From contig JAAOMT010000057.1 of NCBI GenBank assembly GCA_016748015.1, positions 514,763 through 578,762 of the forward strand: DNA of 64,000 bases. The letters run 5' to 3'. The stretch is from Geosiphon pyriformis uo1. Its lineage: Eukaryota > Fungi > Glomeromycota. This document shows, piece by piece, positions 14,801 through 25,943 of this stretch. The notes beneath the pieces are model-generated. The model searched no databases. It was given only the letters and a program-made list of their open reading frames with translations, and was not told the origin of the DNA. The position numbers and the translations under genes are program-made. Each line of letters begins with the position of its first letter. The first letter of the stretch is position 1.

Positions 14801-17391
14801 CTTTGCATTTTAGCAGAATGTATAGTAATTCTTTTTATAGTTCTGGTGTGGAATATCTAACTTTCTTTCATCTTCTTGATTCTTCAAAAATCTCTTAATT
14901 TGTTTCTTCAGCCCAATTGGATGTTGATCCAAGAGCCATGGAGATTTTGGTGAGCGGTATTTTTTTCTCCTCTTCAAATTTAAATACTGGGGCTTTTTTG
15001 GATTGTTTGTTGAAAGTACTACAAGTAGCAAGTACTATGGTATATTGTCTTTGGTATAAGATTTTTAATTCCTAAGTTTCCTAGTTTAAGTTTGCATTGG
15101 CCTTAAGAAGCCAATTATTTCCAACAAAAGGTTGGTATTGGGGTGCATCCATGACTAAAACTTTGACTGAAATGATAATTCTATCAATGGTGAATGGGAA
15201 ATTGTCAATTTCTCTTACTGGTGTCTTTTTTATACCATCTGTTGTAACAATTACTGTTTGAGTTGGTCTGTTGACATTTTGATTGAGTTGTTGTATTAAT
15301 TGGTAAGTAATGATACTTTTAGCAGATTCACTGTCTAGAATTAATCAAATAGGCTTTTCTTCTACTATAGTTTTAGTGTACATAGCAGTGATAGCTTTTT
15401 GCTTATTGACTGCTGCATTGCTAAGCAAGAATGGTAATTCATTTGCTTCAAATTCAAATGGGAATATATCTGAAAGGTTGGCATTTTGGGCTGGTAGAAT
15501 AGTATTGTTGGAAGAATTTGATCTTAGTGCTGCAATTTTACCTTCAAAAAGTGCAGTTTGTTGAAAATCCGATTCTTCTTGCATTGTTAAATAACTAGGT
15601 TGAGTGTAAAACTGAGTGGGTTTTTGTTGACCAGAATTTCAGAAAACTAGTTGATTATTGGGGTTAAATCTGTTGTGGTTTGTTAAAAAATGATTTTGTG
15701 GTGTGAATTAGTTTTGTTGGACCAATCTTCTGGCTGGTACTTGATATTGTTGAGTGGATGGTATTTGATATTGCTGAATTGGTAAAGATTGCTGATATTG
15801 TTGCTGCATTGATTGTGAAGCTAGTTGATAGTAATTGTTATAATTTTGTGGTCTTGGTAAATAATAAGTTGGTAGTAGAGGTTGGTAATAAGATTGTTGT
15901 AATGAAGAGTAATGTTAATTACTCCTGTTTTGTTGGTCTCTTTGCAATTTCCTGCAATCTCATTTCTAGTGTCCTGAAATTTTACAATAATGATAATTTT
16001 GAGGTTGATTGTTAGATGATAATCTAAAATTGTTTTGGTTGCATCATTATGGTGGTTGATATCTTTGTGGTTGTTGCTGCTGTTGTTGTTAGTTTGTAAA
16101 ATAGTTTTCAACTTTTTTGTGAGTTGGTTTATTTTCTTTTCAGCTGCTAAGCTGGTTTTTTCAATAGCTAGGTTGATAAGTTTGGTGTGGTTTGCTTTTT
16201 CCATTGCTATTTCATAGTTCTTTACATGTCTAATAGCAGTTGCTAAGTTTGCTAGTACATGTAAACAGACTTTCTTAATCAATTTGTTTTTTAATCCTGC
16301 TATAAACTAATCCAAAATCTGAGCATCAGAATAGTATTCATTGGTTTTTAATTGTTGAATTCATTGAAGAAGTTTGTTGAATTTCTTAAGATAAGTCATA
16401 ACAATCTCAGATGTTTCTTGTTTAATATTGCAAAAGTGGTTTTGAAAAGTAATAGAGATGTTGTTGTTAATGAATTGTTATAGAAAAGCATTTTTGAATG
16501 CTTGCCAGTTTTTAAAGAGTTCTTCTAAGTTTTTAAATCATTTTTCTACTGTTCTTTGGAGATTCTATTTATTTGCATCTCCTGCTTTTTGAACTTTGTC
16601 AAGCCATTCTTATAGACTGGTATCATTGTCTTTACCAGTAAATTCTGGAATCTTTGCAATATAAGCAGTTGCTATTTCTTTTTCATTTTCTGTGGTTTCT
16701 TTTTGTTCTGATTCAGTTTCTTTACTTTCCAAGTTTTCTGAATGATTACTTTTATTTTTTTGTAAGTAATCAATAATATTGGTGCTTGTTGATATGGGTT
16801 CTTGTTGTTGAGTAGGACTTTTAAGTAACTGAAAATCTTCTAGTCTTAAGAACTGGATAAGTGGTGAATTTGGTGTTTATGATTGAGCAAGTAAAATTGG
16901 AAATAGTGTAATAGAAAGTGGTAATTTGACACTGGTCCCTTGTTCAGGTGTTTGCAAGTGTTTGGCAGTTGTCTTAGGTAATATTAGAGTGTTTGGAGTA
17001 GTTTTTGAGTGTTGTTTCACTTTTTGTTTGTCTTTGTTGCTTGTTTTTGTTTCTGATTCAAAATCAAAAGAGTATTTGGACTGTACTGAGTATTTTTCTT
17101 TACAATACTCAATAATGTTAAAATTAAGTTCTTAGAAGTAGGTAGCAAGTGTTTCACTGTTTAAGTCTTTTATTCCCAATTGTAAATAGTGCACTAAATT
17201 ATTGTAGAGGTTGTTTCTGACTTTTAAATGTTGTAGTTTCCAAAAAAATAGTTGTTAATATGATTTTTAATGTATTGGTATAGTGATTTCTTGAAAATTT
17301 CTATTCCGTCTTGGATGTTGAATCTTTGCTTGCAGTGTGTGTAGATTGACTGATAATACTCTAGAGTTGTTGTGTCTGATGTGATCACCAC
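11812..17391 (-). pseudogene. A2 gag-pro-dUTPase-RT-RNase H
   Basis: ORF fragments: DAYLLPRINDMLDALGKAKFFLTLDLKS / VMPFELCNAPTTF (RT); IDAGYNL...QGFGSTG (dUTPase); ILDSES (protease). Confidence 0.9.
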
Positions 17392-17436
17392 TTTGAAATT
17401 GTTTTTGCTGTGTTGTTTCTCTGCAAGAGCACCAAA

Positions 17437-18388
17437 TGTTACTGAAGGTTTTTGGTCTCTTTTTTTGAATGTTGTTAATGTTGATTTGCTGTGAATTCAC
17501 GTTTTCAGGAAGTAGTTAGACCTCCAGTAACTGAATTTATCTTCAAATTATCTCCTATAATTTGAACTGCTGGGCTTATAAGTGGAATGGCCAATTCCAT
17601 GCCAGTTGCTTTGTGTAGTTATATTGTAGTAAATGTCAACTCTTTCCAGGGAATTGCTCATCTAAAAGCTCACTAAAAATGTGTAGTTACTTTGCTGTGA
17701 AAGTCAACTCTTCTACAGGAATCTTGTCTGTAGACTATCTTAATGATTGTAATAAGAAAACAAAAGAAAAATATAAAAAATATAAAATTTTGTTAATGGA
17801 AACGTTTTTTATCCAGGCCTGGAGTCACTAACAGTTTACTGAAATTGGTAGCTAATCAATTTCAAAACATTTGTTGTGTTGAGGGAATTCCAAGTGTAAT
17901 AATTTAAGAATTTGGTTTTCGAATATTTAATTTTGTAAAAGATGATTTGTTTTAATTAAGATATCTAAAATAAGATACTATGGTAAGATACTAAGAGAAA
18001 ATTTTTTTTTTTTGAAGAGAAAAGCTCTTCTTTTATACAACTTGTTGTAGTACTAGTCTTTAAACTTGTACTTTTCTGTTTGCTATAATTTGGGTAAACT
18101 AAAGATACATTTTGGTGAACTACAAGTTATTTCACTGAACTATTGATTATTTCGGCCAATTTTCATTAATTTCGGCGAATTTTGACTATGTTAAATGGTT
18201 CAGGGTATTGTGTAATTTGATCATCTTAATTTTTAGAGTACAAATCGTATTATTGATTGAGTAATAATATTTGATAATTTGATTAAATAATAAGTAATAA
18301 TCGAAATAATAATAATATATGCTAATTAATAATAAGAATTATGAGGGTAATTTCATGCTAATTAATAGCTAGAATTCTACTAGTAACA
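17437..18388 (-). repeat. 5' LTR of A2
   Basis: TGTTAC...GTAACA inverted termini; adjacent PBS. Confidence 0.93.
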
Positions 18389-20157
18389 CCAATTACCATT
18401 TCACCTTTTGGTAAACATCACAAAATTTACACTTGCTCAAAACCCACCACTACCCAACAAATCTTTGAATTCAATGAACAAATCTGTTTAAAACATGAAA
18501 TCTCAATCCCAAACGTTTATATTCCCAAAGAAATGAAAAAATTTTGAGTTATATTCTACAACCCTAATAATTACTTTATTGTTTTATTGAACAAATTAGA
18601 GATTGGAATCATATAATATCTTTTAAGATGAAAACCCTCAAATTGTCTTTAATTTCATCGAAATTATAAGACATACACTACTTCCAAATTCAAACATCAT
18701 TCCTACTACTGAAAACTATCACTTTTTGAAAAAAAACTCTTTCAAATCAACATAGGTCCCTTAGAACTCCAACAACAAAGACAATAGAAACAGCTAATAG
18801 CTGAATTTGCAGATATATTTGCAAAAGACAACAATGATCTTGAAAAAACTGATATTGTTCAACATCAGATCTACACAGGAGATGCTTTACTAAAATGACA
18901 ACAAGCCTATCAAGTTCCACTTGCTAGCCACCAATTTATTAGAGAAGAGGTCCAAAGAATGCTTAATAACAGATTGATTTAACCATCAAAAAGTCCTTGG
19001 GCCTTACCAGTAGTTTTTGTCAAAAAAAAAACAAAAAAATCAGATTTTGTGTTGACTATTACCAACTAAACAGTATGACAATTGGAGATGTCTACCCTCT
19101 TTTAAGAATTGATAATATACTAGATGCTCTAGAAAAAGCCAAGTTCTTTTCAACTTTAGACTTGAAAAGTGGATACTGACAAGTCGAAATAGATCCAAAA
19201 GATTGACCCAAAACAGCATTTACTATTCAAGGAGGAAACTATGAATTCAATATTATGTCTTTTGGACTCTGTAATGTACCAACAACATTTCAGTGACTTA
19301 TGAATGTTGTATATGAAGAATTCTTATGGCAATTAGTAATTGTCTATCTTGATAATACTGATGTATATTTACCAAGCTTTGAAACCCATCTTATCTATTT
19401 ACAAGAAGTTTTTTAATAATTACAGAAAGCAGAATTAAAGTTAAATATTGAGAAATATCACTTTGGGAAAACAAGTTTAATCTTTTTTGGACATATTGTT
19501 AGCAAAAATGGAGTCAAACCAAATCCTGAAGCAATCAGTGCTGTTAAAAACTTTCAAACACCCAGAAATACCACAGAACTACAAAGATTTGTAAGATTAG
19601 CCTCCTACTATCGAAAATTTATAAAAAATTTCTTAAAGATTGCCAAACCACTCAACTATCTTACCAACAAAAATATGCTATACCAATAGATTAATGAACA
19701 ACAAAAAGCTTTTGAAACTCTCAAGACAAAATTAACAACAGTTCTAGTTCTTGCTTATCCAGATTTCAACAAACAATTTCAACTAGCCACTGATACTTTA
19801 CATATAGCATTTAGTGTCATCCTATCACAATTGGATAAAAATGGCCAGGAACAAGTTATTAACTATGCCAGTAAAACACTCAAGCCAACAGAACTCAAAT
19901 ATGGCTCAACTGAATTAGAAGCTGTCACAGTTATTTGGGCTATTAAACATTTCCAGCAATACCTGAAGAATAGAAAAGAATTTGACATCATAACTGACAA
20001 TATTGGCCTTAAATAGCTTAATAAAAAGAAAACTGAACAAAGTGCCAAACAGTCTTGATGGAATGATTTTCTAGCAGATTACAAATATATTGTACACTAC
20101 AAACCAAGAAAATTACATACCAATGTTGATAGCCTCTCAAGAATGAAACAAGATTAA
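18389..20157 (+). pseudogene. A1 pol, 3' part (RT and RNase H)
   Basis: RFCVDYYQLN, FFSTLDLKSGY, VYLDN (decayed YLDD), INYASKTL..ELEAVTVIWAIKHF, ITDN; ends DSLSRMKQD-TAA. Confidence 0.9.
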
Positions 20158-20212
20158 TACCATCAATAATTTTATTACAACTTATTACTACCAACAAAAC
20201 AACAAAACCACA

Positions 20213-21599
20213 ATAGATCCCAGAAATTACAACAATCTTAAAAACTATTTGAAGACTCTTATCATATCAAAAAATTGGTCTTCAAGTGAAAAACATCGAT
20301 TACAACACTAATTCAAACTATATTTTATACACCACAACAAAATCTATTACAAGAATCATAAAAACCCAAACCAACCACTCAGACTAGTACAGGAAAATAA
20401 AAAAGAAACAATCTTATACAACATGTACACAGATCTATTTTCAGCACACTTGGAAAGATATGGAACAATCCAAAAAACTTTTGAATATTATTTTTGGCCC
20501 CACATGCAAAAAAACATTTGACAATATGTAGAATCTTGTGATAGTTGTCAAAAAAAAGAAGGAACTTGTCCCATAGAACTTTTAAATCCAATCAAAGTTG
20601 GACAACTTTTTAACAGAGTTGGAATTAATTTAGTCGGCCCATTACCTATTATAACCCAAAGAAATCATTATATTGCAGTTGCAGTAGATTATTTTACCAA
20701 ATGGCCTAAAGCTAGAGCCAATTCAAAGAGCAGATGCAAAATCAGTAGCAAATTTCATCTATGAAGACATTATTTGTAGACATAGATGCCTAATTGAACT
20801 TTTATTTAATCAAGGAACACATTTTGTGAACAACTTGATACAAAAAATTTGTGAATGATTCAATGTTAAAAGACCTTTATTATTACCTTATTACCTCCAA
20901 ACAAATAGACTTGTAAAATGTTTCAACAGAACATTGTGTAAATCTTTAGCCAAAGTCTTAACAGATTTTGAGCAGGAATAGGATATCTTTATTCCATCAG
21001 TGTTATTAATATATAGAACACTAAAACAAGATACTATGAAACACATACTATTTAATCTTACTTATAAAAGAACAGCAACATTACCAATTAATTTCACAGT
21101 GGAATCATATTCAATGCAACTAATCAATGAAGAAAACTTTCAAGAAACACTTCAAAGAAGAGCCTACACTCTCCTTAGTACATTAAAAGAAAAAAGACAC
21201 ATAGCAGTCTTTTATATTAAACACCATCAAGTCCTACAAAAAGAAAGGCATAACAACAAACTACCACCAGTTACCAACGAATTTAAAGTTGGAAATAAAG
21301 TTCTCTTATATAGAACTAAGGCTAAAAAACAATGGAGTGGAAAATTTGAACATAAATAGAATGAACTATTTTATATTCATGAAATTTTAGGCAATAAATC
21401 ATACAAGTTAAGACTTGATGACAAAGTACTAGCAAAAGTTGCACATAGAGATAAATTGAAACACTATCATTTCAGAAACAATCCTGAACCATTAATTCCA
21501 CAAATTGATATACATTCCCTTTTAGTTAATTCTAAAAATATTTCCCGAAATTTAGAACCAATAGTTATAATAAAACAACAATCAAACTTGAACACTTAA
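20213..21599 (+). pseudogene. A1 integrase (HHCC, DDE core, GPY/F; no chromodomain)
   Basis: H..SAHLG...SCDSC; RVGINLVGPLP; AVDYFTKWP; PYYLQTN; FKVGNKVLL...WSGKFEHK. Confidence 0.88.
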
Positions 21600-21759
21600 T
21601 TTAACATTTTTAATAATCTCTTTTAAAAATACAAACATAAAAACAAAAATAGTAAATAATTACAAAAAACACTTAAACCCAAAATCAAATAAAAATCCTA
21701 TACCCAAAAATAATTTTCTTTATTCTTTTTTTTTTCTTTATTAATTAGTCAATTTTATT

Positions 21760-22462
21760 ATGATTATTCCCCAAAATATCCAACAAACATCTCAAAAATT
21801 AATGTTAGTCTTAAAAACACTTTTTAACTTATCTATAATGATTAATGGAAGTCAAATCAATTACATTCAGAAAAAAACCACAGCTTTAGTAGTAAATAAT
21901 TCTCAGAACTATCACTCCTATAGAAAAAAAACAAGAGGTCACTCTGAAAATAGGTTACCAGAACTTTTGAAGCAAGCACTGAAAGAAAACTTTTTAATTG
22001 CCTCTATTGACATTTCACCAAATGCCACAATTCAACAAAAACTTCTACTATTTTTTAACAAACAGAACAATAAACATACTCTTATATATAGATATTTTTA
22101 TATTGGAAAAACACTTTATGAATAAAAACTGAAACTTAAAGCAATCAACATTACTCTTGAGGCTATACAAAAACAAATTCACAATGAATTCAAGACAGCA
22201 GCTGAACCAACAAACACTTGCTATAAACTTAAAGCAGCAGTCAGACTCTATAATTTATTCAACACTTGTAAAAACGTTCTACAAAATTTAATACTCCATC
22301 CAATGAAGATTCAATATATTGAAAAATTCACAGAACTGAAATTTTAACAATTTTCAGACAATTATCTTGGACTACTATCTTAACATTACAGATAGTGCTT
22401 GGACTTTAACAGAGCTCAGTCTTGAGGAGAAGATTATGTTACCAGTAGAATTTAGCTATTAA
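21760..22462 (+). pseudogene. A1 ORF3, unknown protein, overlapping the PPT and 3' LTR start
   Basis: ORF track 21760-22125, continuing past a stop and a small deletion to TELSLEEKIMLPVEFSY*. Confidence 0.8.
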
Positions 22463-22542
22463 TTAGCATAAAATTACTCTTATAATTTCTATTATTAATT
22501 AACATATATTATTATTATTTCAATTATTACTTATTATTTAAT
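22437..22542 (+). repeat. Truncated 3' LTR of A1
   Basis: TGTTACCAGTAG after the PPT GAGGAGAAGA-TTA; matches 4761-4865, then homology ends. Confidence 0.85.
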
Positions 22543-22723
22543 GGAGTTATTTGGTTATAAGATACAAAAATATGTTTTAGTTATTTGTAGCTTAAGTAAA
22601 TAAGCCATCTTTTCTGAACTAGTTGAGTACAGTTACTAAAGTCTAGTAGTGTTTTTTTGCTTTTCTGGTAAGCTAACAAGATAATATGAATATTCAATTC
22701 TAAAAAAACTTTTTTTTTACTGG

Positions 22724-23636
22724 TATTACCAGAGATTTTTGGTCTCTTTTCTTAAATGTTGGTAATGTTAATTTGCTGTGAATTCATGTTCTCAAGAAGT
22801 AGTTGAACCTCCAGTAACTGAATTTATCTTCAAATTATCTCTTATAATTTGAACTGCTGGGCTTATAAGTGGAATGGCCAATTCCATGCCAGTTACTTTG
22901 TGTAGTTATGTTGTAGTAAATGTCAACTTTTTCTCAGAAATTGTTTGTCTGGAAGCTTACTAAAAATGTGTAGTTACTTTGCTGTAAAAGTCAACTCTTC
23001 TACAGGAATCTTGTTTATAGATTACCCCAATAATTATAATAAGAAAAATAAAGAAAATAAAAGAAATGTAAAAAAAAATAGAATTTTGTCAAGAGAAACG
23101 TTTTCTATCTAGGCCTGAAGTCACTAACAGTTTATTGAAATTGGTAGCTAATCAATTTCAAAACATTAGTTGTGTTGGAAGAATTTCAAGTGTAATAATC
23201 AAAGAATTTGTTTTTAAATATTTAATTTTTATTTGAAATGTGTAAAAGATGATTTGTTCCAATTAAAATATCTAAAGTAAGATACTATGTTAAAATATTA
23301 TAAAAAGATATGGGAAGGATATATTTTCTTGAAAAGAGAAGCTCTTCTTTTATACAACTTGTTATAGTACTAGTCTTTAAACTTGCACTTTTCTCTTTTC
23401 TACAATTTGGGTGAACTAAAGATATATTTCAGCAAACTACAAGTTATTTCTACAAATTATTGTGTAATTTGATCATCTTAATTTCTATAGTACAAATCGG
23501 GTTATTGATTGAGTAATAATATTTGATAATTTGGCTAATTAATAAGTGATAATCGAAATGATAATATGTTACTTAATAATAAAAATTATGAAGATAATTT
23601 TTATGCAAATTAATAGCTAAAATTCCACTGGTAACA
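22724..23636 (-). repeat. 3' LTR of A3, with a ~70-bp internal deletion near 23460
   Basis: Homology to 31613-32591; lacks the TTCGGC-containing segment. Confidence 0.93.
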
Positions 23637-24324
23637 TAATCTCCTCCTCAAGACTGAGCTCCGTCGAAGTCCAAGCACTATCTGTGATATCAAGATAGTG
23701 GTCTAGAATAATTGAAATTATTTGGTCTGAAAATTGTTGAAATTTTAGTTCTGTAAGTTTGCCAATGTATTAAACTTTTATTGGTTGCAGTATTGGATTT
23801 TGTAGGACATTTTCGCAAGTGTTGAACAAATCATAAAGTCTAAAAGCTGCTCTAAGTTTGTAACGAGTGTTTGTTGGACCAGCTGCTGCCTTAAATTTAT
23901 TGTGAATTTGTTTTTGTACAGTTTCAGGAGTGATGTTGATTGCTTCAAGTTCCAGTTTTCGTTCATAAAATGTTTTTCCAATATGAAAATATCTATATAT
24001 AGGGGTATATTCATTGTTCTGTTCATTGAGAAATAGTAGAAGTTTTTGTTGCAATGTGGCATTTGGTGGGATGTCAATAAGGGCAATTAAAAGATTTTCT
24101 TTTAATGCTTGCTTCAAAAGTTCTGGTAATTTATTTCCAGAGTGACTTCTTGTTTTTTTTTTATAGGAGTGATAGTTCTGAGAATTATTTACTACTGGGG
24201 CTGTGGTTTCTTTTTGAATGTAATTAATTTGACTTCTATTAATCATTATGGATAAGTTAGGAAGTGTTTTCAAGACTAACATTAATTTTTGGGATATTTG
24301 TTGAATATTTTGGAGAATAATCAT
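23617..24324 (-). pseudogene. A3 ORF3, unknown ~235-aa protein (one CAA>TAA stop at 23770)
   Basis: 184-aa ORF continues in frame YIGKLTELKFQQFSDQIISIILDHYLDITDSAWTSTELSLEEEIMLPVEF* with the stop inside the LTR. Confidence 0.85.
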
Positions 24325-24500
24325 GGTAAAAATGACTAAAATAACTAATAAATTAAAAGAATAAACAAATTATTTTTGGGTGTAAGGGTTTTTATTTGTT
24401 TTTGGGTTTAGGGGGTTTTTTTTTTTTTCTTGTAATTATTTACTATATTTTTTCCTGTTTTTGTGTGTTATTAAAAAGATTATTGTAAGAATATGTTGAA

Positions 24501-25886
24501 TTAAGTGTTCAAGTTTGGTTGTTGTTCTATTATGATTATTGGTTCTAAATTTCGGGGAATATCTTCAAGATTAATTAAAGAGGAATGTGTACCAATTTGT
24601 GGAATTAATGGTTCAGGATTGTTTCTGGAATAATAGTGTTTCAATCTGTCTCTATGTGCAACTTTTGCTAATACTTTGTTATCAAGTCTTAACTTGTATG
24701 ATCCATTGCCTAAAATTTCGTGAATATAAAATGGTCCATCTCATTTGTTTTCAAATTTTCCACTTTATTGTTTTTCAGCTTTAGTTCTGTGTAAGAGAAC
24801 TTTATTTCCAATCTTAAATTCGTTAATAACTGGTAGCAGTTTGTTGTCATGTCTTTCTTTTTATAGGACTTGAAAGTGTTCAATATAAGTGGCTGCTATG
24901 TGTCTCTTTCCTTCCAATGTGCTAAAAAGAGTGTAGGCTCTTCTTTGAAGTGTTTTTTAGAAGTTTTCTTCATTAATTGGTTGCACTGAATATGTTTTTA
25001 CTGTAAAATTAATTGGTAATGTTGCTGTCTTTCCATAAGTAAGATCAAATAGTGTGTGTTTTGTAGTATCTTGTTTTAGTATTCTGTATGCTAGTAACAC
25101 TGATGGAATAAAGATATCCCATTCCTGCTCAAAATCTGTTGAGACTTTGGCTAAAGATTCACACAATGTTTTGTTGAAATGTTCTACAAGTTCATTTGTT
25201 TAAGGGTGATAAGGTGATGATAGAAGTCTTTTGACATTGAATTGTTCACAAATTTTTTGTATTAAGTTGTTCACAAAATGTGTTCTTTGATTAGATAAAA
25301 GTTCAATTGGGCATCCATGTCTACAAATAATGTCTTTATAGATGAAATTTGCTATTGATTTTGCATCTGCTCTTTGGATGGCTCTAGCTTCAGGCCATTT
25401 GATAAGATAATCTACTGCAACTGCAATATAACAATTTCCTTGGGTTGTGATAGGTAATAGTCTAACTAGATCAATTCCAACTCTGTTAAAAAGTTGTCCA
25501 ACTTTGATTGGATTTAAAGGTTCTGTAAGGTGAATTCCTTTTCTTTTTTGACAACTATTACAAGATTTTACATATTGTTAAATGTTTTTTTACATGTGAG
25601 GCCAGAAATAATGTTCATGAGTTCTTTAAATTGTTCCATCTCTTCCCAAGTGTGCTAAAAACGGATCTGTGTGCATGTTGTATAAAATTGTTTCTTTTTC
25701 CTTTTCTTGTACTAATCTGAGTAGTTGATTTAGATTTTTGCAATTTTTATAATAGATTTTGTTATGGTGTATGAAATATTGTTTTGATTGGTATTGTAAA
25801 CAATGTTTTTCACCTGGAAACCAATTTTCTGACATGGTAAGAGTCTCCAAATAGTTTTTAAGATTGCTGTAGTTTCTGGAATCTAT
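24501..25886 (-). pseudogene. A3 integrase
   Basis: NMHTDPFLAHLG...SCNSC HHCC motif; RVGIDLV; VDYLIKWPEA; FNKTLCESLAK; DGPFYIHEILGNGSYKL. Confidence 0.9.
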
Positions 25887-25943
25887 TGTTGTTTGGTTAT
25901 TTTGTTGATAGGTTGGTAAGTTGTGGTGGAATTGTTGTTGGTG

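Larger units (their letters stand above)
9619..18388 (-). mobile_element. Ty3/Gypsy copy A2 nested in A1, integrase core deleted, 4-bp TSD CCAA
   Basis: LTRs at 17437-18388 and 9619-10588; CCAA at 9615-9618 and 18389-18392; PBS and PPT present. Confidence 0.95.
4761..22542 (+). mobile_element. Ty3/Gypsy LTR retrotransposon copy A1, interrupted by A2 at 9619-18388; 3' LTR truncated
   Basis: 5' LTR 4761-5730, PBS, gag-pol, integrase, ORF3, PPT and a 3' LTR starting TGTTACC at 22437 that breaks off near 22542. Pol reads LPQP|ITI across the A2 insertion. Confidence 0.93.

Noticed and set aside
23617-24324. ORF3 as an envelope gene (errantivirus-like)
   Set aside because: No signal peptide, transmembrane segment or obvious furin/fusion-peptide arrangement; too short.
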